From NCBI GenBank assembly GCA_964234715.1, contig OZ174280.1: a DNA stretch of 64,000 nucleotides. One strand, 5' to 3'. Below the pieces are notes generated by a model. That model searched no databases and was not told where the DNA came from. It was given only the letters and a program-made list of their open reading frames with translations. The position numbers and the translations under genes were made by a program. Positions within the stretch are counted from its first letter, which is position 1; each line of letters starts with the position of its first letter. The DNA is from Podarcis melisellensis. Lineage: Eukaryota. Of this stretch, positions 38,397-50,850 are shown piece after piece.

Positions 38397-38995
38397 CTAG
38401 AGGGAGAAAAGGAAGGGGAACAAAAGAAAAAGAGTGTGGTCAGAAACACAAGTAAGAATTAAACAAGGACCTTAGTAGTCATGATTATGGCACACTGGGA
38501 AATACTATTTATTGGGACTTGCACTGGGAAATCCCATACAGATACTAGGGGTGGGGGTTTGCATAAACTTATTCAACACTGAACTATACTTTAGCCACCT
38601 CCCCTCCCCCAAAAGAAAAAGACTTATGCATTTAAAATCAGTCAAATTCACAAGATTCTCTGATTCAGCTTGTTTAAAATGTCACAACCCTAAATCTCCT
38701 AAAGCAGATAGAGGTCAGAGGCAAAGCACAATAATAGGAACACAGGATGAAACCAACTGTGCTCTTTGGTTCAATTACTTGTAACAAATTTCAAAGCCAC
38801 GTCATTATTTTTTAAAAAGCTAAATTTCAATCACTGAAAATATTTTCAACCTGGAAGAAAACCGTAGGTAATTAAGGATTTGATATTATTTCTACCTGCC
38901 TAATACTATATATGTTTCCATATAGCTATTAATTGTATTTAATTGTATTTAATTAAATTAATTAAATTAAATCGTATTAATTGTATGATTAATAG

Positions 38996-39359
38996 GGGAC
39001 GCGGGTGGCGCTGTGGGTAAAACCTCAGTGCCTAGGACTTGCCGATCGTATGGTCGGCGGTTCGAATCCCCGCGGTGGGGTGAGCTCCCGTCTTTCGGTC
39101 CCAGCTCCTGCCCACCTAGCAGTTCGATAGCACCCCTAAGTGCAAGTAGATAAATAGGTACCACTGTATAGCGGGAAGGGAAACGGCGTTTCCGTGTGCT
39201 GCGCTGGTGCCGGCTCGCCAGAGCAGCTTCATCACGCTGGCCACGTGACCCGGAAGTGTCTCCGGACAGCGCTGGCCCCCGGCCTCTTAAGTGAGATGGG
39301 CGCACAACCCTAGAGTCGGACACGACTGGCCCATACGGGCAGGGGTACCTTTACCTTTT
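38996..39359 (+). mobile_element. Full-length Sauria SINE
   Basis: GGGACGCGGGTGGCGCTGTGGG head, B-box GGTTCGAATCC, BovB-like GAGTCGGACACGACT and ACCTTT tail. Possible TSD ATTAAT. Confidence 0.95.
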
Positions 39360-42108
39360 ATTAATTGTGGTCTTGGTGCTTGTCATGCATGTATGTTTTG
39401 CACAGTGTCCTCTTAACATTGTCCTCATCAGAATGCTGCCCCATATTTTTTCCCATTTACTATTAATGTAGAAAAGTCTTTTTTAAAACAACAACAACAC
39501 TATTGAAACACTAAATGCAAATTAAAATTGAAGGGCATGGGGGGGCATTTTGATTTCCTAAAGGTGTCATGAGAACACTACACAAAGCAGCACTGAGTCC
39601 ACAATGGAACGACCATGTGGAACAACCCTATGCAAAAAGTCAAATTTTAAAATATAACTTTACATTTTCCTTTTTGCTGAATTGCAGCATACATAGTTAG
39701 TGAGATCATCTTCTACTACTGGCACCTTCATAAAGGGAACTGATGCACTGCTGCCTTCACAAGCCTAGTCTAATGCTTGACTCATTGTACACAGAAGTGT
39801 GTGTTTTGCAACACATTCATAAAATAGTGAATAAATTTATCAAGAGGCATCAACAAACCTCTGATTTTGCAACTCAAAATTTAGCATATTTGTACAGATC
39901 CAGGCCATCCTCATTCCACTACCTAAAACCTGTTGGAACAGAGTCAATTTGGATACAGAATCTGTTTTCTGAGCCAACAATATATGATATGAATAGCCTT
40001 TTTAGAAAAAATAAAAGAACAAAAAAAAATCCTTTGCATCCCAATAAAAAATTGCTGCCAAAAAGCTAACACTGCATGATGAGATCTGGTTTCACATCCA
40101 CTAGAAGCAGCAGTTTAATAGTCAAACTTTGGGGATTAACCATACCATGGTTACGTGACTTATTGTTATTGCTCCAGTTCCTCTTTTTAATTGTTTTCAT
40201 ATGACAAGTCTGTAAAACACATGTTCCCTCAAACAATAAAACATATCTGAGAGCTAAATCGGGCTTTTTTAAAAAAGAAAAAGAAAGAAATAGGGGACAC
40301 GGGTTAAGGAGGAGGAAAGACAATAGTGTTCCTATAAATTATGTGAACTCTGGAATAATAAAGATTTGTTTCCCCCTTCATTCACCGAACAGCAAGGGAG
40401 TAGTATTTCCACATTTCAATTATTTTCAGGACTGCCACCACCATAATACGAGCAAGACTTGACCAAGATTGTATATATTTTCTTTAAAAGCATACAGACA
40501 TGGTTTTGAAAATGTGAGGGTTTTGTTTTTTTCTCCTGCAAACTTGTGGTTTAGTGGGATATTGCCAATTGAGTCTTGACATTTTTCCAGCACAACAGTA
40601 ACCTCAGATTCCCTATTTTCATATGAGAAACATAAACATACCCTCAGGAGCCGAACGGATATTGCTCACAAAACCCGCGGCATGCCTAGACTCTGAGGAC
40701 TGGGCTGGAGGCCATGCTTCACCAAGGTCACCGTCCAGGCCAGGGCACACATTGCCGTCAAAATGAGCACTGTGGTGTCAGAGCCCTTGCTAAGGTAGCC
40801 TTGTTTCCAAGGAAGATCTCTTGGAGCACAGAGTGTTTTGAGGAATTGTGTCACCACCCACAACTTCTGGCACAAACCCCATCTTCTGGAAATGGTTGGC
40901 GCTGAGGTTCCAGCATGGGCTGGTGCCAATGGCCACCCTGAAAAGGGGTTTACAAAAGATACTACTAGAAATCTTTAAGGGGGGGGGGAATGCCACAGAT
41001 GAAAATCAAGGATGGAGGGGAGGGAAGGAACAACGAAATGGAAATAGCTCTAGCTGCATGACTGTTTACAGGAAAGACTCCAGGCCTTAATTTCATTTAC
41101 ACCAAAATGGTAAATATGAAGCGTAAGATCAGTCTGTGGCCGTTCAACATCTCATACCATAACCCACCTCAATCAGTTTCCCAGGCCAGCAACAACCTAC
41201 TATGGCCGTACAGCGAGACATCAGGTTCTAGTCAGGCAAAAATCATTCTCTCAGACTCACTGCCAACACTGCTGAAACCAAACTTCAACAAGACTTGACA
41301 GTGTTTCAGTATAAATGATGGTGTCAGTTTTTGACAGGAAAAAACAAAACAAAGTTCCAACCAAATTGGAAAAGATGGATTTCCCGGGCATTCTAGTTCC
41401 TCGCTGGATTTGGTGGTTGAAATATCAGTCTCTGGGCTAAAGTTTAGTAATCTGAAGTTGGGGGAAATGTGACCCTGGATTTTTCAGCTGTAGCCATTTC
41501 AGAAGCTTATTTCTGAGACCTAATCTCTTTAGGCCAGTTCTGGGCATTATTCTCCACACATTTGTAATTGTTTGGTGAGATTCAAGTGTTGGGGTGCATA
41601 ACCAGTGTGGGGTGCCTGCCTGCTTTATACCTGAAAGACCCCCTTGTGATTTACAGCCCTGCAGGATCCTCACAGACAAGCTCAGCTAACGTGGGTGGTG
41701 GGCATGGGATGAGCAGACATGGCACTCCTCTCTTCTAACAACTGTGGAGAGCTGAGAGCTTTTAGGATCCTATAATTCCCAGCCTTTCTCCTCCATGAAA
41801 GATACAGCTAAGAAGAGATGCTTGCTTAGTTTCCCAGTCTATCCCTTTGCCTCTGTAATGGCACAAGGAACCTGGGATAACTCTGGACCTTTTACATGCA
41901 AAAGTCAAAACAGCAGCCCCATGAACCAGACCAGAGTCACCCTGTCCGGTATCTTGCTTGCCACAGCGGCCAACCAGACGAAGTTCAGGACATCCTCTGG
42001 GTATTCAGTGGATAAATGCCTTGGGACAAAAAGCTCCTATATAGCCACAATTGATAAACCCATGATTTCATTCACTCTTGTAACTCTAATTCCAGTTTGG
42101 CCTCTTTC

Positions 42109-42162
42109 TGTGTTTCTAAAGTGTCCTTACTAAAGTGTGTTTCTAAAGTGTCCTTACTAAAG
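42109..42162. repeat. Exact 27-bp tandem duplication
   Basis: tgtgtttctaaagtgtccttactaaag occurs twice in succession. Confidence 0.9.
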
Positions 42163-42257
42163 CCGTTGGAGAGCCAGATTCAGCAGCTTGAATAAGGGTT
42201 GTAGGAAGGCTTTCCTGTTATAGTAAGGCAGTGTTAAAGGAAGTGGTACCTGCTCCA

Positions 42258-42659
42258 GAGAGCTGGACCATAAGAAGGCTGATCGCTGAAGAATTGATGC
42301 TTTTGAATTATGGTGCTGGAGGAGACTCTTGCGAGTCCCATGGACTGCAAGAAGATCAAACGTATCCATTCTTAAGGAAATCAGCCCTGAGTGCTCACTG
42401 GAAGGACAGATTGTGAAGCTGAGGCTCCAATACTTTGGCCACCTCATGAGAAGACTCCCTGGAAAAGACCCTGGTGTTGGGAAAGATTGAGGGCACAAGG
42501 AGAAGGGGATGACAGAGGACGAGATGGTTGGACAGTGTTCTCGAAGCTACAAACATGAGTCTGACCAAACTGCGGGAGGCAGTGGAAGACAGGAGTGCCT
42601 GGCGTGCTCTGGTCCATGGGGTCACGAAGAGTCGGACACGACTAAACAACAACAACAAC
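42258..42659 (+). mobile_element. 5'-truncated BovB (RTE) LINE 3' end
   Basis: ESWTI.KAD..RIDAFELWCWRRLLRVPWTARRSN.SILKEISPE... remnant, (CAA)n tail, perfect 10-bp TSD ACCTGCTCCA (42248-42257 and 42660-42669). Confidence 0.95.
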
Positions 42660-43028
42660 ACCTGCTCCATTTGGCTGTTTTTAACTATCTGACTCTTCTT
42701 TAGTACTTGAATGACGTATCCAGATTTGCTTTAATCTGTAACTTTAGAATTACATTTGCAACAAAGAGCAGGTACAAAATGCTTTAAGTAAACAAACAAA
42801 CAAACAAACGATAGAAATGGCTTCTCGCTTCAGTGCCAGGTCAAAACTTATTTGCCCAGATGCTTGAAACTCCAAAACCTGAAAACTGAGGAGCATCCTG
42901 CCTGTTCCTCTTGCTTTTTAAAAACTCACTCATTATATAAAAGACAATGATGCTGTTTCATCTTTAATTGTATTATATGGGAGTTGAGTGTTTTATTTCT
43001 CTTTATGTGGATGAAGGGCAGTCTGAAG

Positions 43029-43157
43029 CAGTCTTCACCAACCTGATGTCCTCCAGATGTGCTCCGCACACTCTTGTCAGCTCTAGCAAGTACAGATATG
43101 CTGTCCAAAATAGCTGCAGTCCAAAATATCTGGAGATTGCCAAGTTGGTGAACGCTG
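43029..43157. mobile_element. Palindromic hAT MITE
   Basis: TIRs CAGTCTTCACCAAC/GTTGGTGAACGCTG with ctccagatgt/atatctggag inner arms. Confidence 0.7.
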
Positions 43158-44401
43158 GTTTAGAAGCATTTCCAATGAATCAATTAATAAGTAGCTGGAC
43201 TACACAGGTTGTGGGCACTAAGGAGTTCAGCTAGGCCCTGTAGGAACTGCTTTTGCTGCAACATACACTGGAGGAGGAAGGGAAGGAAAAGGAAAAGGAT
43301 GCCGCTTTTCTTTGGAGGAAGTCAAAATGACTTTCTGACTCCTCGCGGCTGGTGTCCTATGCAAAGCTGCTTCAGTGGAGAGCTGACATTGCATTCTTCT
43401 TTACATTTTAATAAGGGCTACTGCAGCTGGGCTGGAACTTGGCAGGCTTTGAACGTTAAATGTAAAAGAAGCAACGTTGTTTTATTAACATCTTCCTCAA
43501 CAATCAATTAATTTTTCTTTACCTCCTAGGAAACCTAACAACCTCAGAGACACAGGAGGTGATTTAAAAGGTGGGGGGGGCATTGACTGAGCAGCTTGCA
43601 ATTGATTGAAAATCAAAAGCCTCTTGTGCTGAATTCAATGCTTTGAAACATTGAACCTTTGAAAACCTAAGAGTTGGGCAGATTTGGGGAGCGTGGAGGA
43701 TATAAGACAGGATAAGCTTTCATTGGCCACCCATTGATAAAGTCATGTGGGATATGTTACTGTGGTGACCCAAACAGGCAGCTCTGATCTTCCCAGCTGA
43801 AGTTTCACCTTTGCACTAAATTAAACACAGTTGCCTCTCCCACTTTCAAGTTTCTTCTTTTTGTTTTGGAATGAAGCATTGAAGAACCAGCCTCTTCAGC
43901 CCCTTGTAGACATATTAAGACAGAAAGAAATACAGCCCAGCAAAACCACCTCAGCTAATTTTCAGTAACTGCTACCACTCTGTTGTGAGGCCTCTAAGCG
44001 TTGTTAACTAAGGGAGCAATCTTAATGCCATTTCTGGGGAAAGCAGGGCTTGTATCCTAAACTGACCCATTTGGTGGAGAGGGGTCCAATATTTACACAC
44101 CCTCTGAGTGACCCCAGGGCAGAGTTGGGGTAGATGTGCCCAGCATATAATTCATACATTGCTTTGTTTTACAAATGGAAGACAATGAGTTAAACAGAAG
44201 AAATAGTATTCTACTGAGGAAAAAATACTATTGCATTATCTCTGTTTTTACCGTGAGGCAACTGACTGTACAGTAGGGCAGATGTGAGTACAACTCATCA
44301 TTTAAAACAAGGATTGAGTGCTCTGCAAAGTTGAGCAGTATGCAAAGTTGGTGGTTAAAATCACCCAGAGTTCTTGCTTGTGCAAACATTCCCAAGGTAA
44401 T

Positions 44402-44812
44402 TGTCAGGGAACTGCCATCGGAGAGTCTGGTGGTGGAAGGGCTCAAGGAGGTTAGGAGAGCCTCGGATGTGGAGGAAGGAACCAGTAGGGGGAGAGGGAG
44501 AGTTCCTGCAGAAACTCAATCGGAGGAAGGGCTCCAAGATGTTTCCAGTGAGAATAGCGGGGAGGGCTCAGGACCTCCGCTGGGGACGCCCACTCCGCGG
44601 AGGAAGCTGTCACGTAGAGAATCTAGAAGAAGAGTCTCTGTCAAAGAACTCTTATGTTGGAGTAAATTCCGGAAACGCCCACTGACGGATTCTGCCAGCG
44701 ATTGAGGTAGCCACGCGTCCATGGCTCCTCGGACTGGGAAAGTTTAGGATCTGATAGTAAAGCTTGGAGGCTTTAAACGCTTACGCACGAGCAGCCCCCT
44801 TTTCCCATTACA
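44402..44812 (+). mobile_element. Solo LTR (411 bp), probably Gypsy/Ty3-type
   Basis: TGTCA...TTACA termini, 5-bp TSD GTAAT (44397-44401 and 44813-44817), AGTAAA poly(A)-like signal at about 44756. GC/CpG-rich relative to its flanks. Confidence 0.82.
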
Positions 44813-45459
44813 GTAATGCTGTCAATTTGGGTTGAGAAGCCAAGGGAACAGACCTCTGAAACCATTCTGTACTGTGCTCAACTCTGCATATAGACAAGAT
44901 TGGAATCAAGCAGAAATTCTTGGGGGGCGGGCGTTGTGTGTACATGTTTAGTAAAGCAAGGAACAATTTTGTCACACCTTGGTATAAAATCATAGAACTG
45001 TAGAGATGGAAGGGACCAAAATACTGTAAACCGTGAGGTCAAAAGGAAATGAAATTCAGAGAAGTACAGATGGAAATAAGTACCCTATTAACAGTGGCCA
45101 CTAATAAAAGAACAGACAACTTGGCACTGGCAACTCCGTGACTGACCTTATGTTGTCTATCTGTGAACAAAGGAACTTCAAAGGGAAGCTGGCAATGTAA
45201 AACCATTGAATTACAATGCATCAAGAGATTCAGTGCTATCCATTGTGGACTAAATTGACACAATGGATTTTTATCACACTACATGTGGCTACTGGCTTAC
45301 CAAAGCCAGTATGTCTATGTGCTGTCAACTACTGTATTTTGTGAACCATCACTGTTCATAAAGGTGATTATCACCATGCAATTTTCCTGCAACTCAGCAG
45401 CACTTCATGCAAGATTCTAACCAGTGCTCAGTATGTACTGACCATTCACCCTAGAGTTG

Positions 45460-45579
45460 AGCTAGAACTCAACGGAACTCAGTTCTGGCACCTCTCAGGT
45501 GGGCACCTGCCATTCTAAGAGAACGAGGGAGGCGTTCATAGTGAGTTCTGGTACCTCTTTTTCTAGAAAAATAGCACTA
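45460..45579 (-). mobile_element. hAT-like MITE, inverted copy of the 20246-20381 family
   Basis: Reverse complement aligns with 20246-20365. Confidence 0.7.
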
Positions 45580-48328
45580 TCCATAACCTTCTATGAAACA
45601 AACAAGTTCTGTGGAAAACTACACTGGCCTTTATGAATTCACATACATCAGCAACTGGTGTGTGTCATGAGAAAATAGCTACCAAACTTATAGCACTGAG
45701 TACAGCTAAGGCTGAAAAAGTCTTAGTTGGTTGACTGTCTGGGCTCCTAAAACCATCACAATAAACTTACCATTGGTTCCTTCACAGTTTGATATTTTTG
45801 CAGATTTGGCTCTTAAAATATGATGCTGCAGCCTAGGAATTTAAAATGAGAGTCTCAGCTCTGTTCCAGATTTTTTCACTCCAAGTACTCACTGCAGATG
45901 TTTGAGTGACGTGTAATTTGCAACAAGAATAAGGACCTTGGGAGTACCTGAGCCTTATTTGCTCTATGGTGTTAACGAAATCAACTTCTTCTTATGGTTT
46001 TCCTTTCTACTGTTTTTTTTGGGGGGGGCTGTTCTGTTTGGGCAAGCAAAGTGGACTACTGAGTAAGTAAAATGTTCTCAAGATAGGACATTAAGTCCCT
46101 ATTTATGCACTTTTTATTAACATGCATGCTACAGTTTCAATTCTTGACATTCTAAGAAAATTGTGGTGCTTATATATTAAGAGAGAGAAAGAAAGTAAGT
46201 GTGTGTGTCTTCATACACTAGAACAGATGGGGTATGAGAAATTGTGATGGGTCCAAGACAGCAATATGGCTGGGTATGTTAAATCCAGGTTCCTTTTTAA
46301 AAAGAGAAGCATGAAGGATCCTACATTTATTTCCATTCTAAGGCGAGGGGATTTCTTTCTTGATTTTGTAATTATCCTACCAGTAAAGCCACAAATTTTC
46401 ACTGTTCTCCGTGTTAGCTATGAATAGTTCGAAACTTGTTCAGGTAAACTGGGGAAGCCAATGGGCAACTCCCATCAACCCAGCCAGCATGGCCAACCAG
46501 GAGAGATGATGGAAGTTGCAGTCCAACAAGATCTAAAGGGCACCATGCTGGCTACCCCCAATGAAATGTTGTTTCCCCCACACCTGCCCAGATTCCACTA
46601 CCACCCAGGAGTCACTTGCTTTTTCATTAGCTTCTGACAAAGTCTTAACCCTAAGAATCCAAATAGGAAACCCCAATCCAGGTCTCAGGAATAACAACTA
46701 GCAGCTGTGGTTAGTTGTGTGCACTGTACATCCCCATAGCAACAAAAGATGCATCTTGCCAACTCAGGGGGCTCAGATGAACATCCAAATGACACCTGAA
46801 TCCATACCTAAAATGCACATGAGTTTTTCTTCTATGTACGCATACATCTGCTTCTTGGATCAAGACAAAAGATGCTTAAAAGATCATTTCCTCTTAGACA
46901 GGCTATTTCATTTTGGGGCTTAGGAACAGAAGCTGCACATTTATTTATTTATTTACAAAATGCTAACCCTAATCCTTTTCCCAACTCACAACAGTAACTT
47001 TTTATGCCTTGCAAACTCGAGCTTCCAAATACTTTCCCTAATCTGCCCTCCCCACAAAGATACCAGAATATTGAAGAACGTTTCCTCATGGTTCACATCT
47101 TGAGAAGAGTGGAAGTAGCCTGAAAGCAATTAGGTGGAAAGCCAGTCTCTTGTCTGTTGGGTTTCCACGTCTGAGTCTCTACAGTAACACTTCTTAAGGC
47201 AGGCTCATCCCATCCTGTTGTCGTACTTGTAACCCAGGGCAGGGAAACATTTACAAGCCTTGAATTGTCACCAAATAAAGGCTTCGCGGAGTCTCCGGTA
47301 ACTATTCCTTGCTATTCCTTGTATGTGCTTTTCAGAGATGCAGTTCCAATCTGGACCCTATTAATAAATCCTCAATGGAGCAGGCAGTAGCAGAGCTACA
47401 GTTCATTTGTTCTCTTGGGGCACAATGTGTATAGTGTTCGTTCACAAATAAAAATGGAGAAGTCCCAGCTTCCCTTTTCAGAGCTCTTGTAACAATGCAG
47501 TGCCCTGCTGTCAGGCAATGTGTGAATAAATTGGAGAAAAAAGGTTAAAGAAACCTAAGGGAATAGCAGCCTCTTTTTCTCACTTTCATTCCTTCCACCC
47601 CCCACCCCCCACTTTTGCACTTTATTGCGGTAGGTTTTCGACAATGGCACCCCTGTTCTCTGCACTTTTTTCCTCCTTCAGGGCTTGGTGCCAAATAACG
47701 TTATTCCCCTTCACCATGGTACTGCCATGAGAGTAGGCTGGTATGTTTGCCTGAAAATCGCAGGTTTTTCATGGAAATGGTTTTTGCTCAACAACTCCCT
47801 TTGTTAAAATAGACATGAAAAGGGAGAAGCGCTCAGATGAAATCTAATCATCAGAACTGGGAACAAGGCACTGGGCAAATGCCACTGAGAGGAACCCAAG
47901 TACAGCTTAAGTGGGTAGTGCACGATATAACTCTCAGGGTTCATTAAAGTATGTGTGTGATCCCTTTCGCAGGCAGTAACATTCTGAAATTTCTCACGGC
48001 CTACCTTAGAACACTGCCAACATTATAAACCTATCTGGTATAGAGCAAGAACTGTAAATAACTTTACAACAAGAGCCCCAAGAGCTTAATCAAAGAACGT
48101 TTTCCACATCACTGAATAAATTGGTTCAACTGATGCTGATCTGGAAGCTTCAGCAGTCCTCTCATCCAAGACACTGAGCATCCTAAGATATGCATGTGCA
48201 TGTGTGAGAGAAAGAGACCGACAGACAGACCAACAGATCGACAGACCAAGAGATGGATGGATGGATGACAGGTCACTGTCATCTATTTCTACTTCCCCAT
48301 TCCCTAGCTAAGCTTAAAAGCTGTTTTG

Positions 48329-48480
48329 CAGAGGTGGATTTAGGGGAAGTTCCAGAGAGTCTCAGGAGCACTGCAGGGGAGCCACAACTAAGTTATTGAA
48401 TGGGGGGCAGGGACAACGACGCTGAATTTTAGTGTCGCACAGGGTGTTGCTGATATTTGAGACACCAAAGTCCGCCACTG
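48329..48480. mobile_element. Probable hAT-like MITE
   Basis: Imperfect TIRs CAGAGGTGGATTT/AAGTCCGCCACTG. TSD not clear. Confidence 0.5.
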
Positions 48481-48844
48481 TTGCTTTACTTCAGAATATA
48501 CACATGGATATTTAGTTCTCCGTGCAACCCAGGAAGGCATTAACTGTTGGGAAAACTAGTCCCTTTTTAAATCCTGCCAAAATGAGCTTTTTGTCACTCT
48601 TCAATATGCTTCCTCCCCCCTCCCCTTTTTTTTAAGCCTGTCAAACTTCACAAACTGAGCAGGGGTCTCTCTCTCTCTCTGGCAGAAGTTCATTAGCTGC
48701 CTATGTCTTTCCATGGGTGGCTCGTAATTAAGCGAAGAATCTGCTGCCAGATTCTAATCTTCAAAGGGAACACCAATGAAAGCAGCTGCTCATAGATTCA
48801 CAGGTAGATAAGTTTTGACATTTATGGAAGCAGCCTGCCCAACA

Positions 48845-48846
<2 letters not shown>

Positions 48847-48902
<56 letters not shown>
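48847..48902. repeat. (AT)28 microsatellite
   Basis: Directly visible uninterrupted AT run. Confidence 0.95.
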
Positions 48903-48905
<3 letters not shown>

Positions 48906-49078
48906 TTCCTAGTGCTCCACAGGGATACATACTACACCATCTGAGATTTTGAGACACCCGAGTAAGCAAATTTTTTTGCTTCAGTGTGATATATCTTTGG
49001 ATACGATCAATCTATGGTAAATCCCAATGAAATGACTAATCGGAAGGATGACAATTGCTACATTTGTTCTCTACGGAC

Positions 49079-49522
49079 TAAGAACATAAGAAAAGCCCTA
49101 CTAGATCCGACTAAAGATCTGTCTAACCAAGCACCCTGGTTTCCAAATGGGTCTGGAAAAGCCACTAAACCAGACATGATGGCAAAGAAATGAGAAGAGT
49201 CCTAGCTCAGGGGTAGACCATCTTATTAGCCTACAAAAGGTCCCAGAAGGTTCAGTCACTGGCATCTCCAGTTAGGACTGGGAGAAGATCCTTGCCTGAA
49301 ACCCTGGAAATCTGCTGCCAGTGTACACAAGACTGAGCTGGATGATCTGGTGGTATAATGCAGTTTCTTATGTTGGTGTGCAATAGCCCTTCCTGGCTTT
49401 TATCCTCCACCAGCTGTATTCAATGGCACACTCCCTCTGAACATGACCAACAGCCATTGATAGGCCTATCTTCTCTGGTTTTGTGTAATCCATTTTTTAA
49501 GTTATCTAAGTTAGTGACCACT
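49079..49522 (-). mobile_element. CR1 LINE 3' end (interrupted by a SINE)
   Basis: taagaacataagaaaagccc... tail and cagccattgataggcctatc...aatccattttttaagttatctaagttagtgacca body, typical of antisense lizard CR1 3'UTR. Confidence 0.7.
49195..49372 (+). mobile_element. Squam3-like tRNA-derived SINE
   Basis: tagctcaggggtaga...aaggtccca..ggttca..tggcatctccagttaggactggga...tgcctgaaaccctgga...gactgagctggatg...gcagtttcttatgtt. Confidence 0.8.
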
Positions 49523-50524
49523 TCAATGAAATACCATATTGAAACCCTATGCTTCCAGGCTCAACCACATAGACTTCAAGAACACAGGAAGTTGTATTAT
49601 TCTCTACTTGGCTTTGTTTTCTCACAAGTTCAAACAATATTTCCCCCCTTCCCAAACCAAAGTTGTGTGTTTGTTAATCCAATTGTTTCTTTAATTCATC
49701 CTCCATTTCCCAGTGTTAATTGCCACCTCCCCCACTGAGAAGGCAGATGGTCTCCCCCATCCCCAGAAGGGTTTTCAGTTTGAGGCTTCAGGCAAATTGT
49801 GACATGTGGGATACTGTGGGAATTAATTCATTATGGAGCTATGAATTTCTGACACTGGGGAAAATATGCTTTGCAACGCCAAAGCAGGACATACAAGCCT
49901 CAGAGGCGGAACAGTGATATTGGAGGATACTGCAGCTGCAAGCTGTTCTGAAACACCAGGAATCAGCCGATAGTTGGTGGATCACAGAAAGAACGCTGAT
50001 AAAGCCCTGTGGATGGTGTGGGAAGGGGACACAGACACTAGTGAGGGGCTGGTTGGCAGAATGGACAAGAGCTGAAACCCAGGACCCTCTGAAGAATATA
50101 CTTGACAAATCCCTTGGAAATCCCATATTTAAGAACAGTTAAATGCTGATGTGATGAACATGTTCTTCCCCATTATCGAAAGTGGAGGGAGTGCTATATT
50201 TAAAGCTAGGTTCAAATCTCTGATCACAAACACAAGACTCCTTTGCACCATTACATAATAACAAGCATAGATTTCTACTGAGAGAAAGTATGAACTAAGG
50301 GCATATTATGCAGCCACCTTGCTAAAGCTAAGAAGATCTAGGTCTCATCCAATTCCTGGATGGTAGACCACTCAAGAACCCCAAGTAAATTCAGTGTGTA
50401 CATATGGGGAAGCCTTGGCTAATTATGGGTCCCCAAAAGATGCACTTGTTTTACTTATTTATTTGTACTTATAGCCTGCCTTTCACAGAGTGGCTCCATA
50501 GCAGATTATAAAAATCACAGTTTA

Positions 50525-50850
50525 ATAATGATGATGATGATGATGATAATTTTATATGTCGCCCATCTGACCGGGTTGCCCCAGCCACTCTAGGCGGCTC
50601 TCAACAGAATTTTAAAAACACATAAAACATAAAACATTAAAAACTTCCCTAAACATGGCTGCTTTCAGATGTCTTCTAAAAGTCAGATTGTTGTTTATTT
50701 TCTTCACATCTGACAGGAGGGTGTTCCACAGGGTGGGCACCACTACCAAGAAGGCCCTCTGCCTGGTTCCCTGTTACCTCACTTCTTGCAATGAGGGAAC
50801 CACCCTCGGAGCTGGACCTCAGTGTCTGGGCTGAATGATGGGGGTGGAAA
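50525..50850 (-). mobile_element. L2 LINE 3' end with (ATG)n/(CAT)n tail
   Basis: cgcccatctgaccgggttgccccagccactctaggcggc and gttccacagggtgggcaccactaccaagaaggccctctgcctgg, typical of antisense lizard L2 3' ends. Confidence 0.8.

Noticed and set aside
38996-39075. tRNA-like A/B boxes
   Set aside because: These are the tRNA-derived head of a Sauria SINE, not a tRNA gene. The same applies at 37403, 49195 and 52340.
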